Shown here: piece after piece, positions 37,906 to 46,364 of the stretch
Numbering within the stretch: the first letter of the stretch is position 1
Layout: every line of letters begins with the position of its first letter
Source: an uncultured delta proteobacterium
GTDB taxonomy: Bacteria > Desulfobacterota > Desulfomonilia > UBA1062
Length of the DNA stretch: 64,000 nucleotides
NCBI GenBank assembly: GCA_963798485.1
Contig: CAWCTR010000004.1
Location: 320,001 to 384,000, forward strand
Direction of reading: 5' to 3'
The notes under the pieces: generated by a model
The model's database searches: none
What the model was told of the DNA's origin: nothing
What the model saw: only the letters and a program-made list of their open reading frames with translations
Made by a program: the position numbers and the translations under genes

Positions 37906-39195
37906 TTAGTCTTCATCGTCATAGCCCTGACCGGGAGGGGCTTCTGATTTTATTGACCTGTTGATCCCCTTTGACAGTATGGCTGCAATGGAGAAGAGTA
38001 TTACCATTGCGCCAAAGAGGATCAGTATGATCGTGGTCAGCCATGACTGCGCTTCCTTTTCTACCTTGCCGGAAGCAATCTTGGCCTGTTCGTTGAACTT
38101 CTCAACATCCACACCCATCCCGACCCATCCGAATCCGGCCGGCTTGGGGTAATCCTTTGCATAGAAAGGTATGGGAGCATACGCCACTATCTTTGTACGG
38201 CCTTCGAATTTATAGGTCTTTATTCCCGATTTGCCCAGTGCGGCTTCTTTGGCAATCTCCGGCATGACCGGGTCAATGCCGCCAAGCTGATTGAGGTTCA
38301 GCACCTCTTCACCCTTTTTCTTCATTTCCTCAGCGGTAGCCGAGGTGATGGGTGGAACAGGTGTACCATCCTTATAGAGGCCTTCTATATGATAATCATT
38401 AGGGTGTGAGATAACAAACCCTCGGTTATCAACCATGTATGCGTAATTTCCCGTGGAGGCATCCGCCTTGATGACATAATTCGCCTCGAACGGAACGATG
38501 TTATCCGTGTATTTGGAAAGGGCCCTTGCATCAAGTGCAAGCTCTATGACCCCGGTAAAACCCTGCTTATCGAACAGCGGAGTTGCTATCCGGATAATCC
38601 CTTCGAATCTCTTCCCTTTTTCAAAATCAGCCTTGTTAACATACCACCCAGTGACAGGAGAGATATACATCTCACCCTTGTTGAGCTCTTTTGTCTTGAG
38701 GAAGTACTCCTCAGACTTATACGTTGTGTTGGCAGGATTGCTCACGTTTACCAATTCGTTTTTGGGCGCTATCTTGCCATCCTTGATCTTTATGAGCTCA
38801 TTTCCTTTGGTGTCTATGAGTGACATTTCCACATAGAGTGGCAGCTGTTCCTTTACGATGCCTGTATCTTTTTTAACCCAGAGGTCATATGTCTTGGTAT
38901 CCAAGAACTGTCTGTATGTCTCCTGGGTTGATGGAAGGATTGTGGTGGTTAACACATCCCTCTGACGTTCACGCAAGAAATCGGCGATATTCTCTGCCAG
39001 ATCAGTTGCGCGCACACTGAGCTCCTGTTGCGATTTAGCATCAAGAGCGTTCATCGTACCTTTTTTGGACAAGCCGCCAATATTGAAAATGCTGAAGGCT
39101 ATGAGGGAAGCGATCAGTAATAAGGGGATCACGACAAGCAGGAAAAATAACCTTGCAACCGTTAATAAACGAGTTCCTTTAATCGATTCAGGCAT
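37906..39195 (-). CDS. Two-TM membrane protein with extracytoplasmic dCache-like domain and no cytoplasmic output domain
   Basis: TM at both ends; Cache hallmarks (EEYF, MYISPV, IATPLFD..GFTGVI, YAYMVDNRGFVISHP, IVAYAPI, GWVG). Only a ~20-aa tail after TM2, followed by a terminator. Confidence 0.8.
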   Translation of the reverse strand: MPESIKGTRLLTVARLFFLLVVIPLLLIASLIAFSIFNIGGLSKKGTMNALDAKSQQELSVRATDLAENIADFLRERQRDVLTTTILPSTQETYRQFLDTKTYDLWVKKDTGIVKEQLPLYVEMSLIDTKGNELIKIKDGKIAPKNELVNVSNPANTTYKSEEYFLKTKELNKGEMYISPVTGWYVNKADFEKGKRFEGIIRIATPLFDKQGFTGVIELALDARALSKYTDNIVPFEANYVIKADASTGNYAYMVDNRGFVISHPNDYHIEGLYKDGTPVPPITSATAEEMKKKGEEVLNLNQLGGIDPVMPEIAKEAALGKSGIKTYKFEGRTKIVAYAPIPFYAKDYPKPAGFGWVGMGVDVEKFNEQAKIASGKVEKEAQSWLTTIILILFGAMVILFSIAAILSKGINRSIKSEAPPGQGYDDED

Positions 39196-39249
39196 TTTTT
39201 CCCCCTTATTCTTTGAATCGTTCTGTTAAAAAACCCTCTGTCGAAAAGC

Positions 39250-39627
39250 TTATCCAAACAGGAAAGTCTTGAATGGGTTGGCGAAGATGAGGATGAGCGT
39301 AATAACCAGCGCATAGATAGCGATGGATTCGGCCATGGCCATACCGACCATCATGGTCATCATGATCTTTCCCTGCGCTGCTGGGTTTCTGCCGACTGCC
39401 TCAGAAGCACCTGCTGCTGCCGCACCAATTCCTGCACCTGCCCCGATGCATCCCAGGCCGATGGCAAAGCCTGCTCCGAGCATTGCGCCTACCGAGAAGA
39501 TCACCTTGATGAGCGGATCCTGTGCAGCCGGGATTGCATCAGCTGCGAAGACACCCTGTGACGCTAGAAGCGAAAGGGCCACTGTTGCTGCAAATGTGAA
39601 CAAGATTTTGCTTGCGTTACGGAACAT
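39250..39627 (-). CDS. atpE: F0F1 ATP synthase subunit c (orphan, with signal-peptide-like N-terminal extension)
   Basis: GxGxGxG helix, loop GRNP, ion-binding AESIAIY, C-terminal ANPF; AAGGAG RBS. Confidence 0.93.
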   Translation of the reverse strand: MFRNASKILFTFAATVALSLLASQGVFAADAIPAAQDPLIKVIFSVGAMLGAGFAIGLGCIGAGAGIGAAAAGASEAVGRNPAAQGKIMMTMMVGMAMAESIAIYALVITLILIFANPFKTFLFG

Positions 39628-39704
39628 GTTTATTCTCCTTTCTTACTGATAAATTTTTCGTATGCACTTTCTTGACTGAGTCCTCATTTCTCTCTTTCAA
39701 GAAG

Positions 39705-39720
39705 AGCAATAGCTATGCCA
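39705..39720 (-). promoter_or_regulatory. Sigma-54 promoter of the atpE-Cache unit
   Basis: TGGCATAGCTATTGCT, about 80 bp upstream of the atpE start. Confidence 0.75.
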
Positions 39721-39818
39721 CCCTGTCCTAAGTATTGACATATATCCTATACCAATTTGATATTAATATCTAATTTGGCTATGGATTCTGAGTGCCACCC
39801 TCTGTGGATGAACGGCAA

Positions 39819-39839
39819 TATTAAACGTATCGTTCAATA
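39819..39839. promoter_or_regulatory. Candidate activator-binding palindrome
   Basis: TATTAAACGTATCGTTCAATA, an imperfect palindrome about 100 bp upstream of the -24 box. Confidence 0.35.
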
Positions 39840-40132
39840 GAGCCACATGAGGTTGAACAAAAAGTGCTATATGCCCCATGATCCTTATTGGATTGAATAA
39901 TGATAAGCAGATGCTGATGGTTTTACAAGGGGGAAGGTGCGAGGGATTGAGTTGGTTTGTATCCGGGCTTTAGACAAGAGAATGGGGTGATAGGTCAGGC
40001 CGAAGTAAGCATGAACCGGTAGGCAGCAGATACCCTTTTGAAGACTGGTAATATTACAGACAGTTCGTGACTTTATTGAAGCCGTATACTATAAGATAAG
40101 GAAAAGAACTTACTACTTAAAAAGGTATTGAG

Positions 40133-40303
40133 ATGAGGGAAATTGCCTCCATTGCAGCATATCTTGTATCCTGGTTATTCTGCGAACTGGTAATCGGTAT
40201 TAAAAGCGGGTTTATTACACTCATGATATCCCTGCTCTTTGCCTTTGCCATCTATGCAATGATCGCATATGCTGAACACGAAGAAGGGGATAAGAACGCG
40301 TAG
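40133..40303 (+). CDS. Unannotated 56-aa membrane protein
   Basis: MREIASIAAYLVSWLFCELVIGIKSGFITLMISLLFAFAIYAMIAYAEHEEGDKNA: two hydrophobic segments and an acidic tail; AAAGGT upstream. Confidence 0.55.
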   Translation: MREIASIAAYLVSWLFCELVIGIKSGFITLMISLLFAFAIYAMIAYAEHEEGDKNA

Positions 40304-40384
40304 AGAACCCCTCCTCTTCTTTTTTATACACAGACGAGCTTATTCATTGCATCTAAGATAAGGATAAGACAAAATCATCGAAGC

Positions 40385-42949
40385 ATGAAAAAGAAGATAT
40401 CCAGCATATACCTGAGATACTCCATATGGTTGACTGCATTAACCGTTATTGTACTGATAGTCCTTCTTGCCCTGACCGTTTATTATGTCCGCGAACGGGC
40501 CATAATAGAGCTTTTCAGCGACCAACAGGCCTTTATTGCAGACCAGACGGCATCCCACATAGAGGACTCTATTGCCAAGTGCGAGAAGGGTGTGAGCATG
40601 CTCTTGAAGCTGTTACCCTCTCAAGGGGCGGACGAGAAGAGGAAACAAGAGGAGATAAAGGACCTTTATGATGAACTCAAGGAGAACGTACTCACTATTT
40701 TGGAGATTGATGATAATGATGTTGCCGTCTACGGGTATCCGGAAAATATTTCATCAAGGATGTATGGGAACAAGATAGAAGACCTTGCCCTCTACCATGT
40801 TCTGAAGAAGATGAATCAAAGATTTATCGGGGAGATCAAAGGTCTCAATATCATGGACAACAAAAACCAGGTATCTCCAGGTAAAAAAATTGGAATCGGA
40901 CTGCCTGTTATTACCTCGGACGGCACCTATACCGGGGCGATATTGGCAGTAATCTCTCCTGAGTTACTCATCAAGCGATTCATATCCCTCGATCAAACCC
41001 GCACTATGAATACGTACTGGTTGGTTGATGAATCGGGCACCATAATCTATCATCCCGACCAGGTCAGTATTGGGAAAAACATTGCGGAACTGACGCCTGA
41101 GGGAAATACGCCTTTTAAGATGTTTTCCTACACTTCGAAACACTACAGCGAGATGATTCTTTACCAGAAAAACAAAGAGGAAAAGTGCATTATTGCCTAT
41201 GCCCCCATTAGCATAGGCATTGCCAAGTGGTGGATCGTTCTTGTTACCCCCTATGAAGATGTTTTAAAACCTATTCGCAGTGCATCATTAAACATCATCC
41301 TCGGTGCAATAGGACTTATTGCAGTTGTCATCATCACCGCCATATCCATCGCACGTTCCGATGTAAAACGATTGCGGCTCAAAGAAGAGCTTAAAAGGCT
41401 CAAGGAGCGGGAGGTATGGCAGGGGAAGCTTTTACGGGAGAAGATGACCATTGAGGGGATCGTTGAAGGATCTCCGGTCCCCATGTTTGTGCTGGATCAA
41501 AATCATACGGTTATCTTGTGGAATCGCGCATGCACTGATCTTACGGGGTACAGTGCAGCCGAGATGATCAATACGGATAATTACTACAAGCCATTCTATG
41601 ATGACAAACGGCCATTCCTCGCCGATTTCATCATCGATCATAATGTGGAAGACTTTGAAGCATTTTACGGAGAAGGCAAGGTCTTGAAATCCGAATCCAT
41701 TAAAGGGGCATATGAGGCGGTAAAATTTTTTAAAAACCTAAGCGGTAAAGAACGACACCTGCATTTCCTTGCTGCGCCGATCTTCGATGAAAAAGGCGAA
41801 ATTGTTGCCGCCATAGAAACCTTTCTCGATGTATCAAAAGAAGTGGAGCTCACGAGGAACCTCCAGGAATATGCTGAAACCCTTCAAAACGAGCTGGATG
41901 AGAACATCAGGCTTACAAAAGAGGTGGAAGAACTCTATAGTTATCTCCAGAGCATCTTAAACAGTCTGCCTGATAAGATTTATGAACTGAACAAGGACGG
42001 CATTATCAATTATGTCAGCAGGCAGATACGCAGAGGCACGTACGATCCCAAGGGAAAACACTTCACGGAATATGTGGCCCCGGAGCACAGGGCTTATGCC
42101 ATCTCCAAATGGGAGGATGTAAATAAGGGCATTTTCAAGCCTTATGAGCTCGAGATGGTAACCAATAAAGGTGCAAAGAGGCACCTCCTGATGACGCCAA
42201 GCCCTGTAAAGGGTACAGACAGATTCGTCTTGGTGGAGCGTGATATTACCGAACTGAAAGACCTTGAGAAAAAATATTATGAGAGCCAGAAACTTGCAGC
42301 CATAGGCCAATTATCAGCCGGGATCGCCCATGAAGTGAGAAACCCCCTTTCCTCGATAAAAATGAGCCTGCAGATTTTGGAAAAACGCATGCAGCCCGAG
42401 GGCAATGACCTTAAGCGATTCAAGATTGCCCAAAGAGAGGTCGAGCATCTTGAGAAGCTTGTGAGTGATGTACTCATTTATGCAAAACCCACAGCCCCCC
42501 ATAAAGACCTTTGCGATTTAAGGTCAATCATTGAGAGTGCCCTTGCCATGGTTGAAAAATCACTTAAAGACAAGGATATTGATCTGCAGAAAATATATAC
42601 AGACGGCAATGATGCTATCCCTGTGGATTCACAAATGATCAAACAAGCGCTTATCAATATTTTCCAGAATGCTATCGATGCAATGGAGCCGCAGGGAAGA
42701 CTCTCTATCTCTTTGCGCAAAGAAAATGAATCTCTCCTCCTAGAGGTTGAAGATAATGGTTGCGGGATAGATGAGGAAGACATCCCCTACCTGTTCAATC
42801 CTTTCTTTACCAAGAAGAATTATGGAACCGGCCTCGGACTTACCCAGGTGAAGAAGATCATTGAACAGCACAATGGTGAAATAGAGATAATAAGCAAAAA
42901 AGGTTCAGGCACACGATTTATTATTACCCTTCCGAAGGGTAATACTTAG
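40385..42949 (+). CDS. Sensor histidine kinase (TM-Cache-like-TM-PAS-PAS-HisKA-HATPase)
   Basis: AGIAHEVRNPL H-box; NAIDAM, DNGCGI, FNPFFTKK, GTGLGL; PAS motifs WNRACTDLTGYS. Confidence 0.93.
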   Translation: MKKKISSIYLRYSIWLTALTVIVLIVLLALTVYYVRERAIIELFSDQQAFIADQTASHIEDSIAKCEKGVSMLLKLLPSQGADEKRKQEEIKDLYDELKENVLTILEIDDNDVAVYGYPENISSRMYGNKIEDLALYHVLKKMNQRFIGEIKGLNIMDNKNQVSPGKKIGIGLPVITSDGTYTGAILAVISPELLIKRFISLDQTRTMNTYWLVDESGTIIYHPDQVSIGKNIAELTPEGNTPFKMFSYTSKHYSEMILYQKNKEEKCIIAYAPISIGIAKWWIVLVTPYEDVLKPIRSASLNIILGAIGLIAVVIITAISIARSDVKRLRLKEELKRLKEREVWQGKLLREKMTIEGIVEGSPVPMFVLDQNHTVILWNRACTDLTGYSAAEMINTDNYYKPFYDDKRPFLADFIIDHNVEDFEAFYGEGKVLKSESIKGAYEAVKFFKNLSGKERHLHFLAAPIFDEKGEIVAAIETFLDVSKEVELTRNLQEYAETLQNELDENIRLTKEVEELYSYLQSILNSLPDKIYELNKDGIINYVSRQIRRGTYDPKGKHFTEYVAPEHRAYAISKWEDVNKGIFKPYELEMVTNKGAKRHLLMTPSPVKGTDRFVLVERDITELKDLEKKYYESQKLAAIGQLSAGIAHEVRNPLSSIKMSLQILEKRMQPEGNDLKRFKIAQREVEHLEKLVSDVLIYAKPTAPHKDLCDLRSIIESALAMVEKSLKDKDIDLQKIYTDGNDAIPVDSQMIKQALINIFQNAIDAMEPQGRLSISLRKENESLLLEVEDNGCGIDEEDIPYLFNPFFTKKNYGTGLGLTQVKKIIEQHNGEIEIISKKGSGTRFIITLPKGNT

Positions 42950-43016
42950 AAGATGAACGCACAGACACAAGAGAATATGATCAAATCAAGCAACAAGGAA
43001 AAAAAGGGCCCGTAGC

Positions 43017-44396
43017 ATGCCGAAGATACTTGTCATTGATGATGATAGCTCTATTCGCGAGACACTGGATCTCTATCTGACGGAAGAAGGGTACGATGTC
43101 TATACTGCGCCCACAGGAACGGACGGACTCAACACGTTCACACAACAATCACCTGATGTAGTCATCCTGGATATCAGGCTTCCCGATGTAAACGGCTTTA
43201 TGATCCTTGAAGACCTCAGAGAAGAGGATGAGAACGTAAAGGTCATCATGATCACTGCCCATCATGACATGGAATCCACCATTAAGGCCATGAAAGAGGG
43301 TGCCTTTGACTACATACACAAACCCGTGGATGTCGATGAACTCGATATCGCCATTAAAAAGGCCATCCATGCATTGGAGATGGAGAAAAAGATAAAGGGT
43401 CTTCTTGTTGAGTCCTCACGGGATTACAAGGTCGGCGACATCATTGGCGAAGGCCCCCGGATGAGGGAGATATTCAAGACCATAGGTGTCGTATCTCAAA
43501 GCAGGACCCCGGTGCTTATTCAAGGCGAAAGCGGAACAGGCAAAGAACTCATTGCCAAGGTGATTCATACAAACACCGCGGCAGATGAGCCGTATATTGC
43601 AATAAACTGCTCTGCAATTGTTGAGACCCTGCTTGAATCGGAGCTGTTCGGCCATGAGAAGGGGTCGTTTACCGGGGCCATCACGCGGAAACCCGGCAAA
43701 TTCGAACTGGCCCGCTATGGCACGGTATTCCTCGATGAAATAAGCGAGATGTCCTTGAATCTTCAGGCAAAGCTCCTTCGGGTCCTTCAGGAAAGGGAAT
43801 TCGAGCGTGTAGGCGGCAAAGACCGAATCAAGGTAAATGCCCGGGTCATTGCAGCCACCAACAAAGACCTCAAGGCAATGGCAAAAGAAGGGCTGTTCAG
43901 GGATGATCTGTACTACCGGCTGAACATCGTAACCATATTTATTCCGCCGCTCAGGGAAAGAAGGGAAGACCTCCAGCCGCTCATCAATTATTTATTATCC
44001 AAGATCAACTTCGATCTCCATAAGCATATCGCCGGGGTTTCCGATGATGTGCTCGAGATCTTCAAACACTACAGCTGGCCCGGTAACATCCGGGAGCTTG
44101 AAAACCTCCTCGTTCGTGCAGCAGTGGTTGCCAAGGGGCAGGTCTTGATAAAGAGCGACTTTCCCGACTTGAACGAGACTTCCGGGTTCCAAAAAACAAG
44201 GGAACCCGAGGTTGATTGCAGCCATGACGCCTCGGGCAGAATCCTCACCCTTGATGAAGTTGAAGAGATGCATATAAGGAAAGTGATCAAAGAAACAAAA
44301 AAGAACAAGGGTGAGGTCTGTGATATCCTGGGGATCTCCAGGCCGACATTCGAGAGAAAGCTTGAGAAATACAATATCCAGTTCGAGCGGGACTAG
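43017..44396 (+). CDS. NtrC/AtoC-family sigma-54 response regulator
   Basis: Receiver domain (IDDD, LDIRLPD, KP), GESGTGKE, GSFTGA, WPGNIREL, Fis-type HTH. Confidence 0.95.
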   Translation: MPKILVIDDDSSIRETLDLYLTEEGYDVYTAPTGTDGLNTFTQQSPDVVILDIRLPDVNGFMILEDLREEDENVKVIMITAHHDMESTIKAMKEGAFDYIHKPVDVDELDIAIKKAIHALEMEKKIKGLLVESSRDYKVGDIIGEGPRMREIFKTIGVVSQSRTPVLIQGESGTGKELIAKVIHTNTAADEPYIAINCSAIVETLLESELFGHEKGSFTGAITRKPGKFELARYGTVFLDEISEMSLNLQAKLLRVLQEREFERVGGKDRIKVNARVIAATNKDLKAMAKEGLFRDDLYYRLNIVTIFIPPLRERREDLQPLINYLLSKINFDLHKHIAGVSDDVLEIFKHYSWPGNIRELENLLVRAAVVAKGQVLIKSDFPDLNETSGFQKTREPEVDCSHDASGRILTLDEVEEMHIRKVIKETKKNKGEVCDILGISRPTFERKLEKYNIQFERD

Positions 44397-44623
44397 ATCC
44401 TTACGATAATCTGCATTAGTTACAATTTGATCATACAAATAGAGAATCAAGACCCCAATAAGAACTGACAGAAGTCCCTTTTGAATATTGAGAGCCATAT
44501 GATTGGGCTATAAGCTCAAACCGCAGAAATTTCCATCAAAAGGCAATCGAAGAGCGCGCTGCTTTTACTCCACCTTAGCAGGACAGATAGCGACGATAAC
44601 GCATCTGTGATATCCTTCCAGTC

Positions 44624-45894
44624 GTGGACATGTGTTACAGATGGTTTCATGCAGCGCTTCCCCTTGCCATAGGGGCACTTCTTTTTCTTGCGAACCCTGC
44701 CTACGCAGCGCTCAGACCCGATCAACTCATCCTTGTGGTGAACAAAGCGGCGCCGGAGGGTCTGCGAATAGCCCGGTACTACATGGAGAAGCGATGCGTG
44801 CCCCGGCAGAACATGATAGTGATCGAGACCTCCAGAGAAGAAGAGATCGGCAGGGAGGAGTATGATAAGGAGATAGCCGCGCCGGTCCGCAGCTTCCTTT
44901 TGAGAAATGATCCTGAGGGGAACAGGTTTTCGTGCCTTTTGCTGCTCTACGGTATCCCTCTGCGCGTCGGCCCGCCTCGTCCGGGCCTTTCTGGATGAGA
45001 TACGCATCCACGAGCTGCGCATGCATCTTTCAAGCCTCAAGGAGAAGGTGAAAGCGGCAGCGGGCAAACCCCCGCAGGAGACAAAAGGTCTTAGGGACGA
45101 TATCTCCCGGACAGAAAAGGAGATCTTGCGTGTGAGTAAGGCATGGCAGGGCGCCTCCGTCGACTCGGAGATCGCCCTTGTGAGGGAAATCAAGTATCCC
45201 CTGGAAGGATGGCTTCCGAACAAATATTATGTCGGTTTCCGGGGGAAAAACGTGCCCGGTATGCCCCAGAAAGTCCTGCCTGTGTGCCGCCTAGACGGGC
45301 CTACGGAAGCTACTGTATATCGCATCATCGACGACAGCCTTTATGCGGAAGATCACGGCCTGGCAGGCAAGGCATACTTCGATGCGCGGTGGCCGGATAA
45401 AGGCGGTAAGGACCTGTCGCCTTACCAGATCTACGACCGGGCGATCCACGATACGGCCCGCATCGTGGAAAAAAGCGGAAGGATGCCGGTCGTTCTCGAT
45501 GAGCGCGAGGCCCTTTTCGGACAGGGTGAAGCGCCGGACGCGGCATTGTACTGCGGCTGGTACAGCCTGGGGAAATACATCGATGCCTTCACCTGGGTCA
45601 GGGGGGCTGTGGGATTCCACGTGGCAAGCGCTGAGTGCACCACTCTCAAGGCAGCCACGAGCACCGTCTGGTGCAAGAAAATGTTGGAGAAAGGGGTAGC
45701 GGCAACGCTCGGTCCGGTGGCTGAACCCTATCTCCAGTCCTTTCCGGCGCCTGAGGTCTTCTTCGGCTGCCTCCTCGACGGAGGCACCCTCGTCGAATGC
45801 TACACCGTCTCAGAACCCCTTCTGGTCATGGCAGATGGTCCTGATCGGCGACCCCTTGTACCGCCCCTTTAAGCCCTTACTTGAAAGGAGGTAG
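44624..45894 (+). pseudogene. TIGR03790-family exported protein split by two frameshifts (real or sequencing error)
   Basis: ARYYMEKR..P..N, LLYGIPLRV, ASVDSEIAL, RLDGP, LYCGWYS, GPVAEPYL, WQMVLIGDPLYRPF occur across shifting frames; shifts near 44980 and 45812. Confidence 0.75.
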
Positions 45895-46017
45895 CCTGAG
45901 ATCCATCCGATTTTTAAAACTCGTGTATACCCGATTACTCATTTGTGATGATTATCATGATATATTCAGTAGGCATAAAGCGGAGGTCATCACACCGAAA
46001 TCAATGTTTATCGAACC

Positions 46018-46128
46018 AATTGCAAAACTACCAGAATGTCATTCCCGCGAAGGCGGGAATCCAGTCTTTTCCGGGACTTCTGGACCCCCGCCTTCGCGGG
46101 GGTGACACCTTTTATTAGTTTTGCAATT
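46018..46128. repeat. REP-like palindromic element (GTCATTCCCGCGAAGGCGGGAATCCAG type) with outer 13-bp inverted repeats
   Basis: Inner inverted pair 46038-46064 / 46080-46106; outer AATTGCAAAACTA / TAGTTTTGCAATT. Confidence 0.75.
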
Positions 46129-46364
46129 AGCTCTTATCGATATAATTTTTTAATGCATATCGTGCCAACATATGCACTTTATGTGAATGGGTATTTTGAT
46201 TAGATATCTTCTGAAGATGTAATTAATGAAAATGAAAAAAGACAGGGTGGTGGGCCTTTCGTTATAACATTTCATCAATGGTATTGACACGCCTACATAG
46301 TCTTCTTAATAGTTACATGACAACAGTGTATTATCTGCCCCATGTTTTTGCCAAAGGAGACAGT

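Noticed and set aside
39541-39627. N-terminal extension of AtpE as a novelty
   Set aside because: Signal-like extensions on c-subunits are already known in delta- and epsilon-proteobacteria; only the genomic context is unusual.
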